A stretch of 64,000 bases of DNA from contig CP051526.1 in assembly GCA_050916045.1 (NCBI GenBank), positions 352,001 through 416,000 of the forward strand. Direction: 5' to 3'. The notes under the pieces are model-generated. The model was not told where the DNA came from. It ran no database searches and saw nothing but the letters and a program-made list of their open reading frames with translations. The translations under genes and the position numbers were made by a program. This DNA is from Tepidisphaera sp. (GTDB lineage Bacteria > Planctomycetota > Phycisphaerae > Phycisphaerales > UBA1924). This document shows positions 18,278 to 28,463 of the stretch, piece after piece; positions within the stretch are counted from its first letter, which is position 1; each line of letters begins with the position of its first letter.

Positions 18278-18444
18278 GCGGCGCGTCTCCAGTGCGAAAC
18301 GGTATTCGCGCCGGCCTCACAATCGAGCTTTCCCCGCGGATTTTCGGTGGTTCGGCACGCGTCGGCGCGTCGTTCGCCCGTGCTTTGCCCGGGGTACAGC
18401 GCACCGAATGCGGCGTTCGGCGGGCGTCACCCGCGCCCGGAACG

Positions 18445-18475
18445 AAAGCGGCTCCGGCGAGAGCGCCGGAGCCGC
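18445..18475 (-). terminator. Intrinsic terminator
   Basis: Perfect 12-bp stem GCGGCTCCGGCG/CGCCGGAGCCGC, 4-nt loop, followed by TTTCGTT on the minus strand. Confidence 0.7.
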
Positions 18476-18495
18476 GAACGGGATGGTCGAGATGA

Positions 18496-20415
18496 TCAGC
18501 AGCCGCGCTCGAAGTCCTCGACGTACGCGTTGTAGTCGAAGAAGTCGACGAAGTTGTCGACGTTGTAGTCGGCGGTCCGACCGCGCGGGCATCGCCCGCC
18601 CTCGTAGCACCGCACGAAGTCGTCGTAGTCGAAGAAGTCGACGAATCCGTCGAGGTTGAAGTCCGGGCCGCACTGCGGGACGCCCGGGTCAAACGGCTCA
18701 TCCACCGGATCGATGTCGCGCCAGCCGGGCGTGAGGTTCCGCGCGTTCTCGTTGTGCCGCGACCGGGTCAGATCGGTCAGCCGGCTCATCCGCATGTCTG
18801 CGAAGACTCCCCAAGGGCTGTCGGGGTTGATGGTCCAGCGACCGGAGGAGGCGCTCAGCGAGAACTGACGCACAGACCCGTCGCAGAGGGCGAGCATGTT
18901 GCCCAGGCGGTCGAAGGAGAACCCCTTGATGTTCCGGAGGGCCGAGTTGGACGCCGTGGAAGCGACCGACGTTCGGCCGTTGGTGTCAAAGGCGATCTCG
19001 AACGCGCCCGCGCCCAAGCTTGAAGCCAGCCAGACCCGGCCGGTGAGCGGGTTGATCGCGACCGAGCCGTCTCCGGGGAGCGTGAGGCCGCCGGGGATGG
19101 GCGTGTTGCCCACGGGGCTGAGGTCGGCGGTGAACCGAACGAGACGCGTGTTGTTGTCGGTGAGGGCGACGATCGTGTCCGTCGCGTCGTCGATCGCCCA
19201 CGCGGTCGCGGGGCTTGGCAGCGTGAGCGAGCCGAGCGGGATCGGGCGGTCGTCGACGAGCTTGTACTTCTGAACGATCGCGCCGAGCTGCACGTAGCAG
19301 GCTCCGTACCGATCGAGAAGCAGACGGTCGGGGTTGCGGTCAAAGGACGCCAAGCGGTCGAAGGAGCGGCCGACGAAGTCGTACGCGAAGAGACCGGCTT
19401 GACCGCCGCGCCCCGTGCCCGCCAGCACGACATGCGAGACCTCGGTGTGGTCGAAAGCGATGTCGATGATCGGGCCGGCGGTGGGGGACGTTGCTTCTTC
19501 CTGCTGAGCGCCGCTTCCGGTGAAGACGCCGGGAAGCTGGAACGAAACGAGCAGATTGGGATTGACCGGGTGCACGCCAAGAGCGATCAGCGGGAGAATG
19601 TACCGGTAGGAGTCAAAGACGCGGACGGGATCCTCCGCGGTGCCGTTGAAAGTCTCGTCGAAGGAGTAGACGGAGGCGAAGTCGCCGTCCATGTTCCAGA
19701 AGCGGCGGTAGAGGGTCCGCGTGACGGTGGTGAACTCGGACTGCAGGATGCGGGATTCGTTGTCCGGACTGGTGTTGGGGTCGTGGTACAGGACCTGCGG
19801 ACGCATGAGGTCGCAACCGTCGTACGTGCCGACGGCGGTGATCGCGTGGCCGCCGTCGCGTTCGAGCTGGTCCCCGTCGCGGTAGTAGCGTCCGTACCCG
19901 AAGGTGGTGGGCCAGCCGGCTTTGACGAGCTGGTAGATGCGCTTGGGACGGGGGAACTTGTCGTCGTCGGCTTTGAAGCCGCAGCCGATGAAGTACATGC
20001 CGTATCCGCGGTCGGCGATCCAGTCGACCATGCCCTCCACGCTGTCGCCGTGGTTGGTGCCTCCGTCGTCGGTGTCCATGTACTCGCCGAGGTTGAAGAG
20101 GAGGGTGCCGACGGTGTTGTAGATCGGGAGCTGACCCTCCCAGTTCGGCTGGTTGGAGTTTGGGATGACGTTGAAGCCGGCATCGTCGAGGATCGCGAGC
20201 AGGTTGGCGATGGAGGTTGGGACGCAGTGGACCGACCCGTTGTTGGGAAGGCCGAGGTGCGTGATGACGAGGGGGTTGTTGGGGTCAAAGCGGGTGACGC
20301 GCCGCTGGTCAAAGTCGGGAACATTGGGCCAATAGATGTCGCACTGGGCGTGGACCGTGTGGGCGAGAGCCAGACCCGCGCTGAGAGCGAGCGTGCGGAC
20401 GATGCGAGCGGACAT
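18496..20415 (-). CDS. Secreted papain-fold (C39-like) peptidase plus beta-propeller plus C-terminal dockerin-like GC domain
   Basis: Signal peptide VHA/Q; HCVPTS, GGHAITAVG, YHDP putative triad; C-terminal double D.N.D.FVDFFDY ending GC. Confidence 0.75.
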   Translation of the reverse strand: MSARIVRTLALSAGLALAHTVHAQCDIYWPNVPDFDQRRVTRFDPNNPLVITHLGLPNNGSVHCVPTSIANLLAILDDAGFNVIPNSNQPNWEGQLPIYNTVGTLLFNLGEYMDTDDGGTNHGDSVEGMVDWIADRGYGMYFIGCGFKADDDKFPRPKRIYQLVKAGWPTTFGYGRYYRDGDQLERDGGHAITAVGTYDGCDLMRPQVLYHDPNTSPDNESRILQSEFTTVTRTLYRRFWNMDGDFASVYSFDETFNGTAEDPVRVFDSYRYILPLIALGVHPVNPNLLVSFQLPGVFTGSGAQQEEATSPTAGPIIDIAFDHTEVSHVVLAGTGRGGQAGLFAYDFVGRSFDRLASFDRNPDRLLLDRYGACYVQLGAIVQKYKLVDDRPIPLGSLTLPSPATAWAIDDATDTIVALTDNNTRLVRFTADLSPVGNTPIPGGLTLPGDGSVAINPLTGRVWLASSLGAGAFEIAFDTNGRTSVASTASNSALRNIKGFSFDRLGNMLALCDGSVRQFSLSASSGRWTINPDSPWGVFADMRMSRLTDLTRSRHNENARNLTPGWRDIDPVDEPFDPGVPQCGPDFNLDGFVDFFDYDDFVRCYEGGRCPRGRTADYNVDNFVDFFDYNAYVEDFERGC

Positions 20416-20499
20416 TGTGGACTCCTTGATCGAACCGTGGACGCCACGGCCCGGCAGCATCATGGCGCACGATGCCGGCGAATGGTCCGAAGTTTTGCG

Positions 20500-22158
20500 T
20501 CAGTGCGAAGCAAGGCCCTTGGATTCTCGGCCCAAAGCCGGCGGCGGCGGGGCTTTGCGTTCGACCCAGTCCGCGATCCAGGCCGCCTGTCCGGGCAGGA
20601 AATAGAAGAGCATGCCGTGGCCGCCGGTGTGCCAGAGCTGGTCGGGCTTGCCGAGGCGTTCGTAGAGCAGGTCGCCCAGGTCGGCGGGGACCCAGGTGTC
20701 CCAGATCGCGTGGACCTGAAGGACCGGCATTCCGCGGAGCGCCGCGGCGGTGTGGTACGGGTCGAGTTGGCAGAGCTCGAGATACCGCTTGCCCAGCTTG
20801 CCGACAAGTTCGGCGGATGGGCGGTTGGAGCGCTCCATGCGCCGGGCTTTCTCGCCGGGGTTGAGCGGGCGGGATTCGAGCATGACTCCGCCGTCGTAGA
20901 ACGTGCTTCGCGCGGCGACCTCGACGAGGTTGGCGGCTCCGCCGATGAGCACGGTGGCCGCGACCGTGTCCAGGCCGCGCTCGCGAAGCCGCGCGACCAC
21001 CGCGGGCGTCGAGAGAGCGCCGGCGGAGAATCCGATCACGACGGTGGGGAGCGTTCGGGTTTCGCGGTACGTCGAGTGGAGCGCGTCGAGGATGGCTTCG
21101 GTCGCCAGCGCGTTGCGAGCGAGAGTTCGGTCGATTTCCGTTGCGAGCATCCGGGCGACCGGTTCGACGTCGGCTTCGTCCCGGAGGCGGACCGGCGGCG
21201 TGCGCATCGCGAAGCTCTGGATCGTGAGGTCGTCGATCTCGCGCTGAGCAGGGTCGTTGCGCCTCGCTTCCCATTGCTCGGCGAGCGGCCGGTCCATCTG
21301 GATCGGCGGGACCAGCTTGGCGAGCTCGGCTTTGCGGTCCTCGATTGCGAGCACCTTCTCGACGGTCTCTTCGTCGATGTCCCGGTCGATGCCGTCGTCC
21401 AGGTCGATGTCGACGATGATCCAGCCGCGGCGGCTGAACTCATCCATCACCTGACGCTCGTACGGGTTGGCGCCCAGCGCCCACAGGTGCAGGATCACGC
21501 CCCGAGGTTTGGCCGGTATCGTTGAGGGAAACCGGAAAGGGATCCCTGCGCCGTACCCGGAGCGTTCCTCGACGATCACCGCCGGTGCGCAGAAGGGCTG
21601 CGGCAAGCGGTTGACGAACGAACTGCTCATCAGCGCGTTCAGCCGCTCACGCTCCTGGATCAGGCCGCTGAGACGCTCCCTCGTGGTTCCGAACGTCAAG
21701 CCTGTCTGCGCGTACCCGTTGGGGGTGAACCCGATGAACAACGCCATCAGGTCCGGCGGCGAATCGGCGGGACGTCCCTCTTCGCCCACATTGAGTTTGA
21801 CGATCACGTCCCGGTGGCGGTGCAGCCGGAGGGAAGCCGTGGGAGACCTCGCGGACGTCGACCGCATCCCCAGGCCCATCGCCGTGCCCACCTCCCCGCC
21901 ACGCGGCCCCTGCGGAACTTTGTCGTTTGTGACGGGTGTGAGGGGCTGCAGATCCGGGTAGGCCCAGAGCGCTTCGTTAAGCTCGCGAGCGGGCAACTTC
22001 GGCCAAACCGAAGGCTCGACGAGCACCGGCGGCTGCGTCAGCCGGTGCGTCGATCCCGAGCTTGCGATGTAGCAGCCGCCCAGCAGAGACGCCATCGCGC
22101 CGAGCGCCAGGCCCGCCGCTCGCACACCCACCGCCGCACGCTGCTTGCTCCGGTGCAT
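20500..22158 (-). CDS. Lipoprotein, alpha/beta hydrolase
   Basis: Lipobox LGGC; GFSAG nucleophile elbow; HAIWDTWVP; GGHG; ATG 22158 with GAGGA SD. Confidence 0.8.
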   Translation of the reverse strand: MHRSKQRAAVGVRAAGLALGAMASLLGGCYIASSGSTHRLTQPPVLVEPSVWPKLPARELNEALWAYPDLQPLTPVTNDKVPQGPRGGEVGTAMGLGMRSTSARSPTASLRLHRHRDVIVKLNVGEEGRPADSPPDLMALFIGFTPNGYAQTGLTFGTTRERLSGLIQERERLNALMSSSFVNRLPQPFCAPAVIVEERSGYGAGIPFRFPSTIPAKPRGVILHLWALGANPYERQVMDEFSRRGWIIVDIDLDDGIDRDIDEETVEKVLAIEDRKAELAKLVPPIQMDRPLAEQWEARRNDPAQREIDDLTIQSFAMRTPPVRLRDEADVEPVARMLATEIDRTLARNALATEAILDALHSTYRETRTLPTVVIGFSAGALSTPAVVARLRERGLDTVAATVLIGGAANLVEVAARSTFYDGGVMLESRPLNPGEKARRMERSNRPSAELVGKLGKRYLELCQLDPYHTAAALRGMPVLQVHAIWDTWVPADLGDLLYERLGKPDQLWHTGGHGMLFYFLPGQAAWIADWVERKAPPPPALGRESKGLASH

Positions 22159-22413
22159 TCGCTCGTTCCTCGTCGCCCCGCCGATCTGCTCGCCGATCCG
22201 ACCGTCCCGACCCGCCATGCCCGCCGTCAGGCGCCCCGCCGCGAGACCCAAGCCTACACGCACCGGCCGCATCCGGCCCGTCGGTCGCTTCGCCCCCCGC
22301 CGGATACCGCCAAGCCTTCCGAAATGCTGCGGCACAGGGTCGCTTGGCTCCACGTCTCCTAGAATACGCTCGTCCCAACCGCCGCACCTCCCCACCGAAA
22401 ACGGAGGGTTCCC

Positions 22414-23736
22414 ATGCCTTATTACACCAAACTCGGCCTCCTTCCCAAGAAGCGTCACGTGCAGTTCCGCCGCCCCGACGGCTGCCTGTACTCCGAAGAG
22501 CTCTTCGGCACCGAGGGCTTTGTCGGCCCCACCTCCACCATGTACCACATCCAGCCCCCGACGCAGGTCTATGGCTGGAAGCCCATGTACGGCACAAAGG
22601 TCGAGTACGTCGAGCAGGAACTCATGCGCATGCGGCACGTCCGCACCTCGCCGCAGAAGCCCAAGGGCGACTCGGTGACCGGCCGCGTCGTGCTTTTCGG
22701 CAACGCCGATTGCGAGATGGCCGTCTGCAACCCCGCCGAGCAGATGGGCTACCACTTCAAGAACGCCCAGGGCGACGAGGTCATCTTCGTGCACTACGGC
22801 TCGGGCGTCTGCCACACGATGATGGGCACGCTCAAGTTCGGCCCGCGCGACTACATCGTCATCCCCAAGGGCATCATCTACACGATGATCTGGGACAAGC
22901 GCAAGGACGAGACCGACGGCGGCCCGGCCATCGCCGACATGCCCTTCGGCAAGTTCCTCCTCATCGAAACCGCCAACGGAAGCCACATCGCCCCCCCGCC
23001 TCGCTACATCTCCAAGACCACGAGCCAGTTCCTCGAGCACTCGCCCTACTGCGAGCGCGATATCCGCATCCCCGAGTTCCCCATGACCTGGGACGAAAAG
23101 GGCGACTTTGAGGTCCGCATCAAAGCCCGCGACCTCGTGCACAGCTACACCTACCACTACCACCCCCTCGACGTCGTCGGCTGGGACGGCTGCTACTACC
23201 CCTACATCTTCAACGCCGATGACTTCAGCCCCATCACCGGCGCTCTCCACATGCCCCCGCCGATCCACCAGACGTTCGAAGCTCACAACTTCGTCATCTG
23301 CACCTTCGCCCCGCGCATGCTCGATTACCACCCCCAAGCCATCAAGGTGCCCTACAACCACAGCAACCTCGACAGCGACGAAGTCCTCTACTACGTCAGC
23401 GGCAACTACAAAGCCCGCAAAGGCATCGAAAGCCAGTCCCTCACCGCCCACCCTCAGGGCATCCCCCACGGACCGCACCCCGGCACGATCGAAGCATCGC
23501 TCGAAGCGACCTACACCAACGAGCTCGCCGTCATGTGCGACACCTTCCGACCGCTCTTCCCGACCAAAGCTGCTTTGGAATGGGACGACCCGAACTATCC
23601 CAAGAGCTGGGAAGGCGAGCACTTCCCGGGCTTGCAAAGCGGGAAGATCCACCTCAGCAGCATGGCCAACGGAACCGCGAAGAACGCCGTGCCCGTGCAC
23701 AAGCACGAGTCGGTGAGCAACGTCTGGGCACCGTGA
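22414..23736 (+). CDS. hmgA: Homogentisate 1,2-dioxygenase
   Basis: EELFGTEGF, NAQGDE, HPLDVVGWDG, HMPPPIHQTF, PYNHSNLDSDE, HPQGIPHGPHP, ELAVMCDTFRPL. Confidence 0.95.
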   Translation: MPYYTKLGLLPKKRHVQFRRPDGCLYSEELFGTEGFVGPTSTMYHIQPPTQVYGWKPMYGTKVEYVEQELMRMRHVRTSPQKPKGDSVTGRVVLFGNADCEMAVCNPAEQMGYHFKNAQGDEVIFVHYGSGVCHTMMGTLKFGPRDYIVIPKGIIYTMIWDKRKDETDGGPAIADMPFGKFLLIETANGSHIAPPPRYISKTTSQFLEHSPYCERDIRIPEFPMTWDEKGDFEVRIKARDLVHSYTYHYHPLDVVGWDGCYYPYIFNADDFSPITGALHMPPPIHQTFEAHNFVICTFAPRMLDYHPQAIKVPYNHSNLDSDEVLYYVSGNYKARKGIESQSLTAHPQGIPHGPHPGTIEASLEATYTNELAVMCDTFRPLFPTKAALEWDDPNYPKSWEGEHFPGLQSGKIHLSSMANGTAKNAVPVHKHESVSNVWAP

Positions 23737-24173
23737 GCGGTTCTGAGGAACTGATTGTGGAGTCATCAAGTCCGGAAGAACTGGCTCGACGTCCGGACTT
23801 GACACGCGGAGCGTGGCTGCTGGCGGGCGTGCTGGCGATGGCGTTCGCGGTGAATGTCGGGGTGATCGTTCTTTCGGTCGCTCTTCGTGGTACTGGCCCG
23901 ACGTGCGCCCAGATCGGCAGGTCGGTGCTGGAGATCGGTCTCTTTCTGTTCGTGCTCATCGGTCACGCGTGGGCACGCTGGCTGACGGTTGCGTTGTACG
24001 GGCTTGCGTCGCTGATCGCTTTGGGTTCCGTCGGCCTCGCTCTTGTTTCGAGTTCGCCCAACATCTTCGCCGTGGTCTTGATGACAGCTTTCGCGGCGGT
24101 GAGTGGGGCGGTGGTCCTGAGTTTGACCGTCCCTGGACCGATCACGCGGTATCTGGCTTCGCGGAGATCTTGA
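23733..24173 (+). CDS. Small 4-TM membrane protein
   Basis: GTG overlaps hmgA stop; four hydrophobic segments, G..WARWL motif. Confidence 0.6.
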   Translation: MSGSEELIVESSSPEELARRPDLTRGAWLLAGVLAMAFAVNVGVIVLSVALRGTGPTCAQIGRSVLEIGLFLFVLIGHAWARWLTVALYGLASLIALGSVGLALVSSSPNIFAVVLMTAFAAVSGAVVLSLTVPGPITRYLASRRS

Positions 24174-24319
24174 TGTCAATGAGCATGGCGACTCTCAGCC
24201 ATCGGTGAGCCGGTTTCCGCGGTTCAGCTTCGTGTCTGCGGGGCCCCTGCGAACCATCGGTCGCGGAGCGAGAGCGGTCGTGCTCGCGGTGGCGGCTCGA
24301 AAGCACCCGACGATTGCTG

Positions 24320-24640
24320 CTACCTACCGAAAAGCAGCATCACGATGAGCCCGCTCAGCAACATACCAAGCATCGTGCCCAGAGCGATGGTGAAGACCGG
24401 CGACCGGATCAGCGGGCTTTCAGCGATGATGGTGAGCGGATCGATCGGGCGACGCTCGTAGCGTTCGATCGTGGTGCCCTTCGGGATCTCCTCGAGCGAG
24501 ACGCTTCGCACACTATCCACGAGCATCTTTCGATCCAGAGCCCACTGCCGGGCGTGAGGCTCAGACGGAGCTTCGACGAAGATCCTTCGTAGCTCCCTGC
24601 CGTCGTTCGGGTTGATCGTTCGAAGTTCCCAGTGTTTCAT
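24320..24640 (-). CDS. Hypothetical protein with C-terminal TM
   Basis: ORF with plausible composition; C-terminal hydrophobic helix. Confidence 0.55.
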   Translation of the reverse strand: MKHWELRTINPNDGRELRRIFVEAPSEPHARQWALDRKMLVDSVRSVSLEEIPKGTTIERYERRPIDPLTIIAESPLIRSPVFTIALGTMLGMLLSGLIVMLLFGR

Positions 24641-24800
24641 GCATCCGCCTCGGCCAGATCGTATCCGATCATCCAACCGATGCTATGACGACGGCGACGT
24701 GAGCATGAAAGCTTGGCCAAGCACGCAGCGATTTGCTTTCGCAGTGACACGCTCGGCAACTCCGCGAGATCGCGACCGCATCCATGCAGACTTCCGGCCT

Positions 24801-25247
24801 TTACTTCGCCAGCTTCACGTACCGCATGCCCACGCTGGTCTCGCCCCAGACTTCGACTTTGACCGCTGCGTCTTGTGATGACGGGTTCTCGAAGAGCGCC
24901 GCTTCCCGCGCCGCGAATTCGTACGCCGCCTTCTCCCCGGGAGCGATCGTCACGATCTCTCGCCGCTCGCCGTCCAGTTCCGCCGCGATCGTCACCGGCA
25001 CCGACCCGCGGTTGGTCGCGAACGCCGTGAACCCCGATCGCTGCCCGCCCGCGAAGATGAATCGCTGCCCGCCTGGCACGTTCAGCCCGGATGTGAGATC
25101 CGGCGAACCGCTCGGCCGCGACGGCGCGGCTTGAGACCCGCCCGAGCGTGCGTCGCTGCGCGGACCTGGAGAGTCCGACACCCGGCCGCACGCGAACAGT
25201 CCGACGATGAGCACCAGTCCCGCCAGGATGCGCACGCGTGAATGCAT
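24801..25247 (-). CDS. Putative lipoprotein
   Basis: MHSRVRILAGLVLIVGLFAC lipobox; beta-rich body. Confidence 0.65.
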   Translation of the reverse strand: MHSRVRILAGLVLIVGLFACGRVSDSPGPRSDARSGGSQAAPSRPSGSPDLTSGLNVPGGQRFIFAGGQRSGFTAFATNRGSVPVTIAAELDGERREIVTIAPGEKAAYEFAAREAALFENPSSQDAAVKVEVWGETSVGMRYVKLAK

Positions 25248-25316
25248 GCGAGTGGCTTCGCGTGGTCTCGGCTGGGGGATTCGCGCGAGCAAGCTCCTCT
25301 CGCTCTTTTCCGCGCC

Positions 25317-26027
25317 TCAGCGACGCGGGCTTCGCTTGGGAGGCGGGTGCCGTGTCAGCCATTGCTCCATATCGAGGAGCGACGGGTCGGGCAGCTCCGC
25401 TTCGATGTCGATCATCGCCGGTTTCGCCGGCCGTGTCGCGGGCTTGGAGCCGCCGGGCTTCTTCCCGCCCGCTTTGGTGCCGGGCTTGGCCGCGTCCTTC
25501 CGCAAGGTTGGAGCCGGTTCCGCGGCTCTCCGGCCCTCGAAGTACCCCATCCACCACGCGACGCTCGCGGCGTCAAGCGGTTCGGCGTCTTCGCGCCTGG
25601 CCCGCGCCCCGCGAGCGGCCTGTTTGGCGATGTCGGTCGCGAGGTGCGCGAGAAAGTCCCGCGCCGTCACGCTCCTCGCGTGCAAGCGGGCCGCGAACGT
25701 GCGGAGCCGTCGGTCGCTGCTCACGATCGTCACCCGGCGCGGATCCGCAGCGTCCTCCGCAAGCTCCTCGATCAGGTCGTCGGCTTCGCGGTTGTGCGGC
25801 GGCGTGTTGGCGAAAAGCACGCGACGCACGCGGCCTGAGTCACGGCCGCCCTCGCCCCCCGACCGTTCCGCCACGCGCTCCGGCGACCCGTCGCACACGA
25901 GCACGATCTCTTCACCCGCGTACCGGCCGAAGGAAAGCGCATCAAGCAGCGTCGCGACGCTCCACACATCCGCGCCGGTCCCGCTTCGGCGGGCGTGCAG
26001 GATGTTGTACACGTCGACGATGAGCAT
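25317..26027 (-). CDS. NYN-domain (YacP/Rae1-like) nuclease
   Basis: LIVDVYNIL, LVCDG, EADDLI, VSSDRRL acidic motifs. Confidence 0.8.
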   Translation of the reverse strand: MLIVDVYNILHARRSGTGADVWSVATLLDALSFGRYAGEEIVLVCDGSPERVAERSGGEGGRDSGRVRRVLFANTPPHNREADDLIEELAEDAADPRRVTIVSSDRRLRTFAARLHARSVTARDFLAHLATDIAKQAARGARARREDAEPLDAASVAWWMGYFEGRRAAEPAPTLRKDAAKPGTKAGGKKPGGSKPATRPAKPAMIDIEAELPDPSLLDMEQWLTRHPPPKRSPRR

Positions 26028-26039
26028 GCATCCCCACCG

Positions 26040-28445
26040 TTAAAGCAGCGAGAGGGGATCGACATCCACCGCCGTCCGGCTGTCGGACTTGAGAAGCCCC
26101 TGACGGCGGAGGTCGTTCAGGCCGCGCTGAAGCACGCCCGGCGAATCCGCGTACACCTCGACCGCCCAACGGTAGTACGTCGCGATCTTCGCGATCGGAG
26201 CTTCCATTGGCCCGATCACCGTGAGCGCGGGGTTCTCGCGAAGCTTGATCGCAAGCTCGCGAGCGTGGGCCTGCGACTCCGCCGAGTCGTTCTCGCGGCA
26301 GATGATCCGGGCCATGCGCACCCAGGGCGGCAAGCTCGCGGCCTGGCGGGTTGCAAGCTCGGCGGCGGCGAACGTCTCGTAATCGTGCTTGGCCGCCAGG
26401 ACAATCGCGGGATTGGTCGGTTCGTAGGTCTGGACGACGACGCGGCCCGTCTGCTCTCCGCGGCCAGCCCGGCCCGCGACCTGCGACACAAGCTGGAAAG
26501 CCCGCTCACCCGCTCGGAAATCGGGCATGTTGAGGCCGACGTCCGCCGAGATCACGCCGACCAGCCGCACGTTCGGGAAGTCCAGGCCCTTGGCGATCAT
26601 CTGCGTGCCAAGCAGCAGCTTGACCGCGCCGCTCCCAAACCTGGAGAGCGCATCCGCGTAGTCCTTCGCCGTCGCCATCGTGTCAGAATCGACCCGCAGG
26701 TAGGTCTTGCCCTCGACCAGCCCCAGCGAAGCCCCAAACAGCAAAGCGAGCTCTTCCTCGACACGCTGCGTGCCCGCGCCGAGCAGGCCGACCGCACGCT
26801 GGCACGCGGGACACGCTTTGGGAAGAAGCTGTTCGGCCAGGCAGTGGTGGCAGCGCACAAGCCCGCCTTTGGGAAGCTTGGCGTCTTTGTGAAAGACCAT
26901 CCCCGCATCGCAGTGGTCGCAGCGCATGACCCATCCGCACGCGGGGGATGAGCACGACAGATGGCTCGCGTATCCGCGGCGGTTGAGGAGCAGGATCGCC
27001 TGACCGCCGTCGGTGATCGTGCGCTCGATCGCCGATGCGAGCGTCGGCCCGATCATCCGCTTGGACACGTCGACGCCCTCGCGAGCGAGGGTCCGCCGCT
27101 CCTCGGCCATATCGACGATCTCAACCGCGGGGAGCTTGCCGCCCCCGACACGGTCGGTCAGAGTCCAGAGCGAGAAACGCGGTTTGGGGTTCTCGTCGTC
27201 GCCGCTGGTGGGTGTCGCGACGGTCGCGTTGTACCAGCTTTCCATCGAGGGTGTCGCCGAACCGAGCACGACCGGACATTCTTCGATGTGCCCGCGCTTG
27301 ATCGCGACATCGCGAGCGTTGTACCGGGGGAGCTGCTCATGCTTGTAGCTGTGGTCGTGCTCCTCGTCGACGACGATGAGCCCCAGACCGGCCATCGGCG
27401 CGAAGACCGCCGATCTCGGCCCGACGACGACGCGTGCTTCGCCGGTGGCGACGCGTTCCCATTCCGCGTTGCGCTGCGAGGCGCTCAGGCCCGAGTGCAT
27501 CACCGCGACGCCCACGCCCTTGGGTGAAAGCCGGGCCCGGAACCACTGCTCAACCTGCGGTGTCAGGGCGATCTCGGGAACCAGCACGATCGCGCCCTCG
27601 CCGCGCTCGATCACCTTCGCGATCAGGCTGAGGTAGACCTCCGTCTTGCCCGACCCCGTCACACCGCGGAGCAGATGCACCCCGAACGTCCCCGCAGTTG
27701 CCCCGATGCCGTCGACGACTTTCTTCTGTGCCGGCGTCAACTCGGGCTCAATCGCGCGACGGGCGTCGCCGCCCTCGATCAAGCTCGACGCCCCGCGGGC
27801 CCGGATGACGCTCCGCTCCGTCGATTCGAGCAGGCCAAGCCCCGTGAACCGCCGCACGCTCCACGCTCCGCGCACCCCCGCCGCGTCGAGCGCCGCCGAG
27901 AGGTCCGCGAGAAGCATCGGGAACGACTTGGGATCCATCGACGCGATCTGGTCCCACGCGAGCCGAGCTTTCGGAGAGAGTCCGGCCAGGACCTTCGGGT
28001 CAGGGGAGGAAGCCGGCGCGAGCCGAGCCTCGCTGCGGCGGCCCACCCCCTTCTTCACGGCGGCCGGCATCATCGTCGCAAGGACCAAGCCAAGGGGCGT
28101 CACCGTGTAGCCGGCGACCCAGCGGGCAAGCTCAACCAGGTCTTCCGGAAGCTTGACGCCCGGCCGGTCCAGGATCCGCTTGACCTTGGAAGCCGCAAAG
28201 CCTTCCAGCAGTTCCTTCCCGCCCACCGCGATCACCACGCCGCCCGTCGCTTTGTTCCCCGCACCCAGCGGCACCTCGACGCGTTCGCCCACGGCGATGT
28301 CCGCCGCGTCCGCGCCGTAGGTCAACCCCTCGACGCCGGATTTCTCGTCCAAGCCGCGCTCGACGACCACGCGAACGTACCGCGAGGGCTCCGCGCGGGA
28401 ACTTGCGCCCGAATCCGCGCCTGAGAATGGAAGAAAGTCAGTCAA
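26040..28445 (-). CDS. priA: Primosomal protein N' helicase
   Basis: GVTGSGKTEVY, LVPEIALTPQ, DEEHD.SYK, GSATPS, LNRRGY, Cys-rich Zn region, GTQMIAKGLDFP, QVAGRAGR. Confidence 0.97.
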   Translation of the reverse strand: MTDFLPFSGADSGASSRAEPSRYVRVVVERGLDEKSGVEGLTYGADAADIAVGERVEVPLGAGNKATGGVVIAVGGKELLEGFAASKVKRILDRPGVKLPEDLVELARWVAGYTVTPLGLVLATMMPAAVKKGVGRRSEARLAPASSPDPKVLAGLSPKARLAWDQIASMDPKSFPMLLADLSAALDAAGVRGAWSVRRFTGLGLLESTERSVIRARGASSLIEGGDARRAIEPELTPAQKKVVDGIGATAGTFGVHLLRGVTGSGKTEVYLSLIAKVIERGEGAIVLVPEIALTPQVEQWFRARLSPKGVGVAVMHSGLSASQRNAEWERVATGEARVVVGPRSAVFAPMAGLGLIVVDEEHDHSYKHEQLPRYNARDVAIKRGHIEECPVVLGSATPSMESWYNATVATPTSGDDENPKPRFSLWTLTDRVGGGKLPAVEIVDMAEERRTLAREGVDVSKRMIGPTLASAIERTITDGGQAILLLNRRGYASHLSCSSPACGWVMRCDHCDAGMVFHKDAKLPKGGLVRCHHCLAEQLLPKACPACQRAVGLLGAGTQRVEEELALLFGASLGLVEGKTYLRVDSDTMATAKDYADALSRFGSGAVKLLLGTQMIAKGLDFPNVRLVGVISADVGLNMPDFRAGERAFQLVSQVAGRAGRGEQTGRVVVQTYEPTNPAIVLAAKHDYETFAAAELATRQAASLPPWVRMARIICRENDSAESQAHARELAIKLRENPALTVIGPMEAPIAKIATYYRWAVEVYADSPGVLQRGLNDLRRQGLLKSDSRTAVDVDPLSLL

Positions 28446-28449
28446 GGCC

Positions 28450-28458
28450 TAGACTCTA
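28450..28458. promoter_or_regulatory. Overlapping divergent -10 hexamers (TAGACT on +, TAGAGT on -) between priA and carA
   Basis: 18-bp spacer; hexamers lie 8 and 7 nt before the respective start codons. Confidence 0.55.
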
Positions 28459-28463
28459 CTCCG

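Noticed and set aside
22159..23805. 1101-aa ORF 20500..23805 read as one giant protein
   Set aside because: Its 5' half is the antisense shadow of hmgA; the credible gene starts at ATG 22158 with an SD and lipobox
25317..26027. NYN nuclease as part of a defence or toxin-antitoxin system
   Set aside because: It sits behind priA like a housekeeping YacP-type gene, with no antitoxin or defence neighbours
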